64,000 nt of DNA from Promethearchaeota archaeon (GCA_019058245.1 JAHPZJ010000028.1:1-64000), one strand, 5' to 3'. Positions 20,794 to 30,797 are shown, counted from the first letter of the stretch. Made by a program: numbers and translations. The notes: generated by a model not told the origin, from the letters alone.

Positions 20794-22800
20794 CTATTTT
20801 AAAGGTATCTTATCATATTCTTGTTTTAATAGAGGGAATTTGTCAAGATTATAATGAGGAAAATAAAGAGAAAAAGTATATTCCTTGTGAAATAGTGGCG
20901 ATGTTGCAATTTCTCTATATTTTATTTCATGAGCAATTTTATTCGCAATATTTCTCTGCTCAATATCCTTGATAAACATTTGTGCACCAATTCCAGCGGC
21001 ATTTCCAATCTGGAAAATCTTACTTTTATCGACCTCAGGAAATAATCCTATAAAAGCGGCATTCTCTTTATTGATGTACGTTCCAAAACCACCTGCTAGA
21101 ATAATTTGATCTAAAGACTCATTGCTTTTATCTTCCATTTCAAGTAATATATTAGCTGCGCTTAAAAATGCGGCCTTTGCTAATTGAACCTGATTAATAT
21201 CTTTCTGACAGATTGATATTTCATTAATATTAGTATTATTACTATTTGCCTCAAATTGTTCAATATCCCACTCTTCTTTATATAAGATATATTGATATCC
21301 ATCTTCTTTTTTTATAACACGATGATGATTCATAATTTCTTCTGATTTAGTATTGAATTTTCCTGCTCGTGTTATAATGTTTAATTTCAGCAATTCGGCT
21401 ATAGTATCAATTAATCCTGAGCCACATATTCCTAATGGGACTATATTTCCTATTACTCCAATTGTAGGTTCTAAAGTATCCTTATCTATAGTCACTGATT
21501 CAATTGCACCCTCAGAACCTCGCATTCCGTGTGAAATATGGGCACCCTCGAGTGCTGAACCTGCAGCACAAGACCCTGTAACTAATCCTGTGTTATTCCC
21601 TATGACAAGTTCTCCATTAGTTCCAATATCAATTAAGAGAGTATATTTATCATATGAATAGATTTTAGATGAGATTATACATCCGATTGTATCAGTTCCT
21701 ACATAACCTGCTATAACCGGTGGAGAATAAACATTTACATTTGGATTGCATATTATTCCTAGTTTATTAGCAGTTACATTAATTGGGGCTTTAAATACAG
21801 GAGGAAAAGGTGATGTGGCTAAAAATTGCGGAGAAATTCCAAAAAATATATGATGCATTCCTGTATTTCCTACGATCGAAATATCTTTCAAACATGAAAC
21901 GGATATATTAGCTTTGCTACAACATTCCTCAATGATTTGATTGATAGCACTAACAATCAAGTCTTTAGCTTTTTGAATTGCATCGTTCTTTACAATATAT
22001 GTAATTCGTGAAACTACATCTTCACCGATGGCCACTTGAGGATTCAGCATTGCTGAAATTGCGACAATTTCTCCTGTTTTTAAATAAATTAAATAACCAA
22101 CAATAGTGGTAGTTCCAATATCGACAGCTAATCCAAAAATTTCCTTGCTTTTATCTCCGGCATCAACATCATAGAGGGTCCAGTTATCTTCCATAGAGAG
22201 CTTTCTAAAGTGACTTGTAACCTCACCATTGTCTGCTCTCATGATATGTGGTAATCTTTGAGTAATAGAATGTAAAATATCATCTACATGAAATGTTGGT
22301 TGATCTTCCTTTATGTTATAAGTATTGCTATTTTTTATTATACTCTCAAATAAACCAGACAAATCATTTCTAGGATTATTTAAATCTGCAGGAGTAATCT
22401 TAGATACTTGAGAAGAAATTACAGGTTGGAGCTTCTCAGTCTCTTTTATTCCAAGAGTCTCTAAACCAGCATCAACCATAATTCTTGTTCCTCTCGAAAT
22501 TAGAGAGTCGGTTAAAAAGACTCTTAAATCTCCAAAAATTCTTGTTTGACATGCTAACCTAAAACCTTCTGATATTTTTTGGCTACCTAAAATTTTTCGT
22601 TCTTGTTCTGTAGGTTCAGAAATTTTTGGATTAGGATCTAAAACACGAATTAGACATTTTCCACACGTTCCCTTACCAGCACATAATGCACTCATAGCAA
22701 AATTCAATGCTAAAAGTGATTCATATACTGTAGAACCTTCTTTAACATTCGTTCGTTTAGATATTGGTTCTAATATAAGCTTAATTCTCTCATTTGTCAT
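20794..22800 (-). CDS. Reductive activator of corrinoid protein (RACo/DUF4445, ASKHA ATPase with N-terminal 2Fe-2S domain)
   Basis: CAGKGTCGKC...RLACQ; VDIGTTT, GEDVVSRI, IDIGTNGE, CAAGSALEG, GICGSG, LAGGFG, GNAAG. Confidence 0.9.
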   Translation of the reverse strand: MTNERIKLILEPISKRTNVKEGSTVYESLLALNFAMSALCAGKGTCGKCLIRVLDPNPKISEPTEQERKILGSQKISEGFRLACQTRIFGDLRVFLTDSLISRGTRIMVDAGLETLGIKETEKLQPVISSQVSKITPADLNNPRNDLSGLFESIIKNSNTYNIKEDQPTFHVDDILHSITQRLPHIMRADNGEVTSHFRKLSMEDNWTLYDVDAGDKSKEIFGLAVDIGTTTIVGYLIYLKTGEIVAISAMLNPQVAIGEDVVSRITYIVKNDAIQKAKDLIVSAINQIIEECCSKANISVSCLKDISIVGNTGMHHIFFGISPQFLATSPFPPVFKAPINVTANKLGIICNPNVNVYSPPVIAGYVGTDTIGCIISSKIYSYDKYTLLIDIGTNGELVIGNNTGLVTGSCAAGSALEGAHISHGMRGSEGAIESVTIDKDTLEPTIGVIGNIVPLGICGSGLIDTIAELLKLNIITRAGKFNTKSEEIMNHHRVIKKEDGYQYILYKEEWDIEQFEANSNNTNINEISICQKDINQVQLAKAAFLSAANILLEMEDKSNESLDQIILAGGFGTYINKENAAFIGLFPEVDKSKIFQIGNAAGIGAQMFIKDIEQRNIANKIAHEIKYREIATSPLFHKEYTFSLYFPHYNLDKFPLLKQEYDKIPLK

Positions 22801-22902
22801 ACAAAAACATCATATTTTGGTTAATTCTCTTAATAAAACAGAATTTTACTTTATTATAAATTTGTTAAAATAAAAAAAGTTCAATGGGGTGTTAAGGATA
22901 TT

Positions 22903-23577
22903 TTAATCCCTTAACCAATTATCAATAATATCAACACCTTGTAAAGCGTCTGTAGCATATGCATCTGCGTTTGTCTCTTCCGCGATTTCAGGTGATACTG
23001 AAGCACCTCCCAAAATCACTTTTATTTTTGATGCCAATTCTCCATCTTTTAATAAATTCATGGCTCTCTTTATAGCTGGTTCTGCTGAAGAAAGTAGGAA
23101 AGAAATGCCAACAACTTTTACATCTGGTTGTTGAGCTACTTCTTTAAATTTTTCAGGACTTACATCTGTTCCAAGGTCAATAAATTCCATACCATAAGAC
23201 TTCATTAAAGCAATTAATATACTTTTACCCAAATTATGAATATCACCTTCAATTGTTCCTACGACAACTTTTCCATTGTAATTCCTACTTTCTGCCAAAT
23301 CAACTCTATTTTCCTCATCAATACAGAGAACCTCGCCCTCTAGGGCTTCAGCTGCTAAAATTAGCCCCATATCTCCCGATTCATCTAATCCTTCTAGGAT
23401 TCCTTTTTTAACTATTTCGATTATTGGTACTTTAGCATCCATTGCTTGTCTTATTGCTTCTTTCATCGAAAAAAAGTCAAGTGAAGAAACAGCTTCAATA
23501 ACATTATTGAGATAATCAATATTATCCCTTGATTTTTTTTTATCTTTTATTACAATTGCTTCTTCCATTATTCTCAT
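22903..23577 (-). CDS. Methyltransferase cognate corrinoid (B12-binding) protein
   Basis: VVVGTIEGDIHNLGK (DxHxxG), DLGTDVSPEKF, VILGGA. Confidence 0.88.
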   Translation of the reverse strand: MRIMEEAIVIKDKKKSRDNIDYLNNVIEAVSSLDFFSMKEAIRQAMDAKVPIIEIVKKGILEGLDESGDMGLILAAEALEGEVLCIDEENRVDLAESRNYNGKVVVGTIEGDIHNLGKSILIALMKSYGMEFIDLGTDVSPEKFKEVAQQPDVKVVGISFLLSSAEPAIKRAMNLLKDGELASKIKVILGGASVSPEIAEETNADAYATDALQGVDIIDNWLRD

Positions 23578-23608
23578 TTCCTCCTTACTTTCTTAATAAT
23601 TAAAATTT

Positions 23609-24394
23609 TTATACTACAAAAACAATGCCATGCCAAACAACAAATGGAATTGATTCATCTGGATGTTCCGGATTAATGACATATGGTGCCTTTTCGCCAC
23701 ACTTTACCGCGGTAGCAAAACTATCTACTCCACATGCCTCTAATGCTGGTCGAGCTCGTAAATATTGTCGACACATTTCACCGTTAAGTGTAGGACATGT
23801 TGGTATTTTTTTCTGTTGCATTAAATCCTTGAAATATTCTGGTGAAAAAAATCCACACCCAACACAAGGACCTCCTTTAAATCCCATCGCAAGATAATAT
23901 CCTAGGTATGTCGCTTCTCCCTCAATCATTCCAACCATCTGATTTAATAAGTTAACATCTCCTTGAACCCCTAGAAGAATACTAGGGAAAACATGGTTCT
24001 TTTTTGGGGGATAAAATGATACTAAAATAGCATGTTTATAGCAACTAATAATTTCTCTCATTTGATCGGTGGTTGGAGAATGTGGTGGACAATTTATACT
24101 CGTTCCGAAACCAAAACATATAGGAATTTGACATTTCCAACGTACACGTGGATCTATTACAATTTTGTCTGTTGTTATTAATTTCGCATGACCAGAAGCA
24201 TCTATTTTTGATTTTTTGATTAGTTCATCTATGATTTTATTAGAACGATCTAAAAGTTCATTAAGAACCTCTTCATCAGCCTCAAACTTTATTGGAGAGG
24301 GTGGTCTGTCTTTTTTTATTGGTAATAATCTTCTCCATTTAAAAGAGATTTTAGACCATTCTTTGTCAACTTCAGGTATTACTTTCTGTGCCAT
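23609..24394 (-). CDS. DUF2284-family metal-binding protein
   Basis: RWKCQIPIC...CPPHSP, GGPCVGC, RPALEACGVD. Confidence 0.8.
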   Translation of the reverse strand: MAQKVIPEVDKEWSKISFKWRRLLPIKKDRPPSPIKFEADEEVLNELLDRSNKIIDELIKKSKIDASGHAKLITTDKIVIDPRVRWKCQIPICFGFGTSINCPPHSPTTDQMREIISCYKHAILVSFYPPKKNHVFPSILLGVQGDVNLLNQMVGMIEGEATYLGYYLAMGFKGGPCVGCGFFSPEYFKDLMQQKKIPTCPTLNGEMCRQYLRARPALEACGVDSFATAVKCGEKAPYVINPEHPDESIPFVVWHGIVFVV

Positions 24395-24463
24395 ATTGTC
24401 TTTTTACCTTATTTTTCATTTTTTTAGTTAAATAGTCCTTTATTTATTAAAACAGTATAGATT

Positions 24464-24477
24464 TTTACGTACGTAAA
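24464..24477. promoter_or_regulatory. Perfect palindrome TTTACGTACGTAAA (putative operator)
   Basis: 14-bp perfect palindrome 70 nt upstream of the DUF2284 start. Confidence 0.65.
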
Positions 24478-24550
24478 TTCTATTCTATATTAGTAAATAA
24501 TAGCTTTAAATTATTATGAACTCGTTATGATTTATAAAAGTTATTAAAAT

Positions 24551-24564
24551 TTTACTTACGTAAA
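24551..24564. promoter_or_regulatory. Second operator copy TTTACTTACGTAAA
   Basis: One mismatch to 24464-24477. Confidence 0.6.
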
Positions 24565-24786
24565 GCATTAAAATAGAGAATATGAAAAATATTGACAAAT
24601 AAGTCATCGATTCTTTATATTTGGGTAAAATAGATTACTAAAATTAAAAATTCTAATTAAAATATATTATAATATTGCCCATATGCTTTTCCTCTATAAA
24701 TACGTGATTTGTAAAAATTAAAATTTTATAAGAGTAAAAATCTATAAAATTACTAAAGCAGAAAAATTATACTAAAGAAAATTAAA

Positions 24787-25167
24787 ATGTCTGATGAAGA
24801 ACTTCGAGATCAAATAAACAAGATTGCTGTCGAAATTGAAAAGATTGAACAAACAGCCAAGCAGAAAGAAGTCTATGTTAGGGATAGAATTAATAAAGAA
24901 TTGGATCCCAGAATTAATGAAGTAGAGGCTCAATTAAAGAAAAATCAGGCAATACTCGATGAGATTATTAAAAGCATAAATGAATTAGAAGAAAATAAGA
25001 AAGAAATGCTTCCTGTTGTAAAAGACTTGGAAAAAAAATATAATAAGTTTAAAAAAGACAAAGAAAAGGCTATAAATGAGCAATTAAAAGCAATAATTAA
25101 AGAAAAAAAACTTACATCAAAAATTATTGATCAAAAAATTAAACATTTAGAAAAAGAGTTAAAATAA
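24787..25167 (+). CDS. Coiled-coil protein (paralog of 42666-43025)
   Basis: K/E-rich heptads; YVRDRINKELDPRINE versus YIVDRINSEHNPKINE. Confidence 0.65.
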   Translation: MSDEELRDQINKIAVEIEKIEQTAKQKEVYVRDRINKELDPRINEVEAQLKKNQAILDEIIKSINELEENKKEMLPVVKDLEKKYNKFKKDKEKAINEQLKAIIKEKKLTSKIIDQKIKHLEKELK

Positions 25168-25207
25168 TTTTAATTACGGTGCTCTTATTTTTAAATTAAA
25201 ATTGATT

Positions 25208-25933
25208 TTAAAAAGACAATGTTTCACCTACTATTCCCATTGAGCATTTTTCGCCGAATTGTTTCTTATATATTTCAACATTCATCGTACAATGACATAA
25301 AACTACAGAATAAATATATGGATTCAATTCTTTTACTTCATTTGTTCCAAATTTAAACCCATGGAAACCACCAATTAAATGTAAAGGCGTATCCGTAGGA
25401 ATTCTTAAATTTTCTCGATCATTCAAAAATCGAATTAACCCGGGATGGCAACATCCACATATTAATATATAGGAATCATTAGATCTAATATAAAACGCCT
25501 GTTCATGGATACCTCCATAATCCTGAGATTTAAAAACATTAGTTACATATATATCTTCATCTAATTCTGTTAGATTTCTTCCTTTCTTAATGATATATCT
25601 ATTTTGATGAGGAATTACTTTTCCAATAAAACTGACTGGTTTATCCCAGTATTGATGAATATATACAGGTAAATCTTTATTATAATTTAGGATACCTGGC
25701 AATCCATCTGTGTGGTCATAATGATTATGACTCATAATAACAGCATCAAGAGAAGCTGGTTGTATTCCATATCGATTTAGATTTGATAACAGAGTATTGC
25801 TTTCTGTACCAGTATCAAATAAAATTACCTTATTATTTATTTCTATTAATGCAGCAAATCCAAAAGATTTGATATATCCAGGTTTTGCCCCATTAATTTT
25901 ATCAATAATAATTGTTATTTTTATTTCTTGTAT
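25208..25933 (-). CDS. MBL-fold metallo-hydrolase; probable ATA start
   Basis: SHNHYDHTDG, CGCCHPG, IGGFH, LCHCT; the in-frame upstream region encodes KITIIID...FGFAALIE...ILFDTG with no ATG/GTG/TTG. Confidence 0.8.
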   Translation of the reverse strand: MQEIKITIIIDKINGAKPGYIKSFGFAALIEINNKVILFDTGTESNTLLSNLNRYGIQPASLDAVIMSHNHYDHTDGLPGILNYNKDLPVYIHQYWDKPVSFIGKVIPHQNRYIIKKGRNLTELDEDIYVTNVFKSQDYGGIHEQAFYIRSNDSYILICGCCHPGLIRFLNDRENLRIPTDTPLHLIGGFHGFKFGTNEVKELNPYIYSVVLCHCTMNVEIYKKQFGEKCSMGIVGETLSF

Positions 25934-26106
25934 AAAACCACCTTATAATAATTTAGGTCTTATTTATTAATTGTTTGACTTGATAATTATGCACGCTAGA
26001 TTTGTTTTAAATTTTAATATTAATAAAAACTGTTTAAGATAATACTTTAATTATTTCATCAGCGGGATAACTTAGTTTCATAGAAATAATTAACTCATTT
26101 TTTTAT

Positions 26107-27556
26107 CAGAAAAGCTCAAGAATACAGTTCCCTTTAGGGAGATGATGAATTGAGTATGAAAAGAAAATCACTAAATTCTTATCCACTTCTCATTTTTAAT
26201 TTACGGTGTATTATCATTAGAAAAATGAAGCTAACACAAAAGATTAGGATATTCCCCTCTGAAAAGCAAGAACTCCTTCTTTGGATCTTATCGGAGAAAT
26301 GCCGCCTCCTATATAATTTTGCGTTAGCGGAACGAATGGAAAATTGGCAAAAGAATAAGGATCTTCCACGAGAAAAACGCCACTATGTTAATTATCTTAT
26401 CCAATCAAGAGCATTACCCGGATTCAAAGAAAAATATCCCGAATATAAATGGGTATATTCAAAGGTTCTCCAAACAATCCTTAAAAAACTCGATGGAAAC
26501 TATAAATCCTTCTTTGCTCTATGGAACAAGGGAGATAAAGATGCAAGACCCCCACGATTTAAAGGGAAGAACTATTTCACCACCCTTTGTTATAATCAAT
26601 CTGGCTTTAAATTACAGGAGAATTCAATCATGTTCTCTCATAAACATCCTTCGAATATCATACTTGAATTTGAACTTCCCTCTCATCTCATTCCTCAAGG
26701 AACTATTAAGCAAGTAGAACTTATTCAGTCTGATAAGAGATGGTATATTTCCCTCACATATGATCTCAAAGTCCCTAAATATTATGATAATCATTCTTAT
26801 CAAGCATTTGATTTAGGAATAAGTCAGACTGTAGGGGTAAACCTTTCTGGAAACTCAGTACAATTCACTCACAGAAGAGCAGACCTCTATTGGAAAAAAA
26901 AGATAAAGGAAGTACATTCAAAACGAGATCATTGTAAAAAATACAGCAATAAATGGTATTGGTATCATTCAAAACTGCTTCGAATGATTAAAAAATGCTC
27001 TTATCAGCTGAAAGATTTCCAGCATTGGCTTTCAAACCAAATTGTATCTCATACTAAAGCGAACACGATTATTGTTGGAGATTTAAAAATAAAACAGATA
27101 GCTCAAAAGAAGAAAGGAACGGGTAATGCTAAAAAGAATAGGATAAGTAACACACTCAACCATTCGGTTCACAACACAGGCTATTTGTCACGATTTACCG
27201 AATTCTTAACCTACAAAGCAGAAAAAAGAGGTAAAAAAGTAATAAGAATTGACGAATCGAAGACTACAAAAGCCTGCTGTAAATGTGGAAAGCTCGAAAA
27301 GAGGGCAATTTTCGAGAGAAGTATTACTTGTGATTGTGGAAATCGTATTGACCGAGATCTCAACTCAGCAATCAATATCATGATACGTTTTTTGTCAGAA
27401 AAACACAAATTCGATTTCTTATCGCACGAATCCTCCGTGAACGAGGAATCATTCCTAAAACAATGGAATGGTTTTCTACGACATACAGACCAACCCGTAC
27501 TAGAAGCGGTTGTGCACTCGTAGGAAGCCACAGCCTTTAGGCTGTGTGTAGTTCAC
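26107..27556 (+). mobile_element. IS200/IS605-family element with tnpB only (IS1341-like, non-autonomous)
   Basis: Left-end hairpin CTCAA...TCCCTTTAGGGA...TTGAG preceded by TTTAT; right end GAAGCCACAGCCTTTAGGCTGTGTGTAGTTCAC ending at 27556; no tnpA; left boundary is approximate. Confidence 0.8.
26225..27523 (+). CDS. tnpB: RNA-guided endonuclease TnpB
   Basis: KIRIFPS...CRLLYNFAL, PPRFK, AFDLG (RuvC-I), IIVGDL / IDES, CCKC...CDC zinc ribbon, DRDLNSAINI (RuvC-III). Confidence 0.92.
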   Translation: MKLTQKIRIFPSEKQELLLWILSEKCRLLYNFALAERMENWQKNKDLPREKRHYVNYLIQSRALPGFKEKYPEYKWVYSKVLQTILKKLDGNYKSFFALWNKGDKDARPPRFKGKNYFTTLCYNQSGFKLQENSIMFSHKHPSNIILEFELPSHLIPQGTIKQVELIQSDKRWYISLTYDLKVPKYYDNHSYQAFDLGISQTVGVNLSGNSVQFTHRRADLYWKKKIKEVHSKRDHCKKYSNKWYWYHSKLLRMIKKCSYQLKDFQHWLSNQIVSHTKANTIIVGDLKIKQIAQKKKGTGNAKKNRISNTLNHSVHNTGYLSRFTEFLTYKAEKRGKKVIRIDESKTTKACCKCGKLEKRAIFERSITCDCGNRIDRDLNSAINIMIRFLSEKHKFDFLSHESSVNEESFLKQWNGFLRHTDQPVLEAVVHS

Positions 27557-27576
27557 AGTTTAGTAAGCACAACTTT
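27400..27576 (+). ncRNA. Predicted omega/reRNA of TnpB (scaffold plus ~20-nt guide)
   Basis: Known IS605 architecture; hairpins TCCTC-N7-GAGGA (27431-27447) and CACAGCC-TTTA-GGCTGTG; guide would begin at 27557 (AGTTTAGTAAGCACAAC); 5' end is a guess. Confidence 0.55.
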
Positions 27577-27655
27577 ATTAGGAAATTATAATACTTTATA
27601 AAAAAAAAGATATTAAAAATCTAAATAGAATTTTTCTAAAAATATCATTATCAAA

Positions 27656-27805
27656 ATGACAAAAAAGAAAGATAAAATCTCTGAGGATGATTTGGATGAT
27701 TTGCTTGATCAAGCTTTTGAAAAGCAAGATATGATCCATCATAAATGTAAAATAAGAGATGATCCCGCAAAAAAGCAAGAAGAATGGAACAAAAAATACG
27801 AGTAA
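27656..27805 (+). CDS. Small charged hypothetical protein (49 aa)
   Basis: MTKKKDKISEDDLDDLLDQAFEKQ...EEWNKKYE; clean ORF below the track cutoff. Confidence 0.45.
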   Translation: MTKKKDKISEDDLDDLLDQAFEKQDMIHHKCKIRDDPAKKQEEWNKKYE

Positions 27806-27995
27806 TAATTAATTCTCTTACTTGCAATCTACTGAGAAAATTATATTTTCTTGAGCTAATACTAGTATTTTTATATTATTTAATGAAAGATTTAGATTAT
27901 GTTTTTTTTTATTTTTCAATATTAATTTTTCATCAAAAATAATCATAAGCGTAATAAAATAATATAGAAATCATCATTTATGATAATGATTTGAT

Positions 27996-28439
27996 ATGAA
28001 AAAAATTGAATTTGAACCAATAGGTATTATTCATTCACCTCTTAAAAAGCTTGGAGGAAATCCTGTTCAACCTTCTTTTTCAAAAGTAGAAGAATCAATT
28101 GAAATATTTGAAGATTTTATTGAAGGATTAAAGGATCTAGAGGGTTTTAAATATATTATTTGTTTGGCTTATTTTCATTTAGTAAAGCCCCCTATAAAAT
28201 TGCAATCTACAACACATTGGGATAATATTGAGCATGGAATTTTTGCAATTAGTTCTCCTTGGAGACCAAATCCTATCAGTTTTTCTATTTTAAAGTTTTT
28301 AAGATTAGAAGAAAATATTTTATATATTAAGAATCTTGATTTAATTGATCAGACTCCCGTTTTAGATATAAAGCCTTTTATTCCGTCTATAGACAATCGA
28401 GAGACAGATAAGATAGGATGGATAAAAGGGAAATTTTAA
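27996..28439 (+). CDS. tsaA: TsaA/TrmO-family tRNA methyltransferase-like SAM-binding protein
   Basis: PIGIIHSP, GLKDLEGF, GIFA.SPWRPNPI, TPVLDIKPF. Confidence 0.8.
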   Translation: MKKIEFEPIGIIHSPLKKLGGNPVQPSFSKVEESIEIFEDFIEGLKDLEGFKYIICLAYFHLVKPPIKLQSTTHWDNIEHGIFAISSPWRPNPISFSILKFLRLEENILYIKNLDLIDQTPVLDIKPFIPSIDNRETDKIGWIKGKF

Positions 28440-28499
28440 AAATAGAATTACTATTATCTTAAAGTGTATATTATTTTAAGAAAAGATTCAAAAAAGAGA

Positions 28500-29249
28500 T
28501 TATAATAAATCTAAGCTTAAAACCATTATTAGCATTCCAAGGATTATTCCTATAATTGAAATATGGTCAAATCCACTATCTCGAGAAGCAGGGAGTAATT
28601 CATCTAAAGATATGTAAACCATAAAGCCACCTACTATAGCGAGAGTTGCTCCGAGTACAAAATCATTGATAAATGGAAAAAGGATTAATCCTGCAATTAA
28701 AGCCCCTAACGGTTCACTTATCCCTGAAATAAAGGACCAATAAAAAGCTTTTTTCGGATTTTTAGTAGAAGTATAAATAGGAACTGCCACTGCAATTCCT
28801 TCTGGAATATTATGGAGAGTTATTGCAAAAGCTAATAAAATGCCAAGTTCAGCATTTTTTAAGGTTCCAACAAATGTAACCATTCCTTCTGGAAAATTAT
28901 GGATAAAAATTCCAAGCATTACTAGGAGGGATGTCTTATCTAAATTATGATTATCATTCTTGTCTTTATTTTCAAATTCATATTTATGTGAAATACCAAT
29001 ATCGATGAAAAACATTATAATCATTCCTAGAAAGAAAAATAAATTACCTATTAGAAAAGTGGAAGCTTTAATACCCTCATTTAATAATTCTACAAAGGAA
29101 ATAAGAATCATCACTCCCGCAGAGAATCCCATTATAAATGAAATGAATTTTTTGCTAGGTTCTTTCACAATAAAAGCAATAACACTTCCAATAGTAGTGG
29201 ATAAGCCAGCAAGTAACGTTAAAATAAGTGCAAATAAAAAAGCATCCAT
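28500..29249 (-). CDS. zupT: ZIP-family metal transporter
   Basis: LAGLSTTIG, FSAGVM, HNFPEG, HNIPEG, SLDELLP. Confidence 0.9.
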   Translation of the reverse strand: MDAFLFALILTLLAGLSTTIGSVIAFIVKEPSKKFISFIMGFSAGVMILISFVELLNEGIKASTFLIGNLFFFLGMIIMFFIDIGISHKYEFENKDKNDNHNLDKTSLLVMLGIFIHNFPEGMVTFVGTLKNAELGILLAFAITLHNIPEGIAVAVPIYTSTKNPKKAFYWSFISGISEPLGALIAGLILFPFINDFVLGATLAIVGGFMVYISLDELLPASRDSGFDHISIIGIILGMLIMVLSLDLL

Positions 29250-29367
29250 AATAGTCGCCCATTTAAATTTTCATATATTTTTTATTTCGTTAGGTGTTTT
29301 TTTTTCTATTTTTTTTAGATTTATTTAGTTTTATATTCCAATTTTTATCTAAATTTAATCAAGATTA

Positions 29368-29766
29368 TTAAGAATCGCTTTTTTTATCAAAAAAATATAA
29401 AATAGATAAAATTGTCCATACTAGGGAACTGACTGCCCATATTATTTCTGAAAAGACAAGTTCAAAATATCCAATAATGATGTAGATTATCTGCAGGATC
29501 ATAAAAATTAATCCTGCGGGAATAGACAAAATTAATATTATTTCATATTTTTCTGTATTCTTATAAAGAAGAATATATCCTATTCCATCATATATTAACA
29601 TCCATATCCAGAAAAAACTAATCATAGCTCTAGCACGATCTGAGAATGGTTTTGTACCTGTAATTGAGGCAAGTAGAGGTGCGAAAAATATCATAAAGAG
29701 TGAGATAAATATGAAAACAATACCAAAAAATAACCATATTTTTTTCCAAATTCGATTAGATATCAT
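29368..29766 (-). CDS. Hypothetical 4-TM membrane protein
   Basis: Four hydrophobic segments. Confidence 0.55.
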   Translation of the reverse strand: MISNRIWKKIWLFFGIVFIFISLFMIFFAPLLASITGTKPFSDRARAMISFFWIWMLIYDGIGYILLYKNTEKYEIILILSIPAGLIFMILQIIYIIIGYFELVFSEIIWAVSSLVWTILSILYFFDKKSDS

Positions 29767-30467
29767 GATAACGAATCATTTTATTTTATTTTTAAAGTGA
29801 ATTAGATATAAGATTCTAAGCTTTAAAATTCATTTCTCGTTTATTTTTTTTATAGTTTTTTTCCAATAATTAAAGCGATTGAATAATTCTCAAAATGAAT
29901 TTTTTCCCTAAAGCAAATGCTAGTTCATTTTTGGAATAACGTTTATTCTAATTCTTTTATTGTTTTTTAAATATTAATAAAAATTCTTCATATTTAAAAT
30001 TTAGGCTTAACTAATTAAATAAAATAAATATTATAAATAGAGTAATTATTTCATATTAAACGTCCTTTTAATTATCCTTATAAGAATATTTAGATATTAT
30101 TATTTATCTTTCAACTATATATCGATAATAAGAATGGATATTTATTAATTTAGACAATAATTATTTATTCAACATTTTTATCATAATTATTTATAAAAAT
30201 GATATCAATACCTAAATTTAGTTCCTGCTTTTTCAAATATTGCTAATTAATGATTCTAATTCAAAATCACAATAAGAAAATTAAAAAATCTAAACAATTA
30301 TTCTTTTTTTTTTTCTAACTTCTTGATAATTCATATTTTAAGAAAATATTATTTCTAGAGCAATTTCTTTGATTGCTCAATATTATTATGATAATCTTAT
30401 TAAATTCTATTTAATTCAGACTATTAATAAATTTAAATAAATTTAAATTTAATTTGAGGGTGATAGC

Positions 30468-30701
30468 ATGTCAGAATACATTAATATGTTGAAAAAACCA
30501 ATTGAAAATGTACTTGCATTTGTTGGAATAGTGTTTTCTATAGTAGGTTTGGTATCACTATTTTTATCAGCTCCATTTGTAATGTGGATTTCTCTTAATT
30601 ACTGGCCATTGTTTACAAGTGGAAGTATACTTTTATCAATTGGAATTAGTTTATTATATCTAAGGAATAAATTGATCCAATTAAAAATTGAAATTGACTG
30701 A
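30468..30701 (+). CDS. Small 2-TM membrane protein (copy 1)
   Basis: PIENVL...TSGSILLSIG shared with 31788. Confidence 0.7.
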   Translation: MSEYINMLKKPIENVLAFVGIVFSIVGLVSLFLSAPFVMWISLNYWPLFTSGSILLSIGISLLYLRNKLIQLKIEID

Positions 30702-30797
30702 TAAAAATAGTATAACATTAAATATGACAAAAAATAAAACAAAAACAATAAAATAATATAAAAGTTTAATCTTAAAAATATATGAGGAACAATAATA

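Noticed and set aside
26150-26224. TTG start at 26150 for TnpB
   Set aside because: It lies within the left-end hairpin; ATG 26225 gives the typical TnpB N-terminus
27557-27576. TnpB guide targeting another site in the window
   Set aside because: Only a short partial match (TTTAGTAAG near 46590) was seen by eye, without the predicted TAM
29767-30400. Long AT-rich intergenic region as origin or CRISPR leader
   Set aside because: No repeats, ORB-like boxes or spacer array visible
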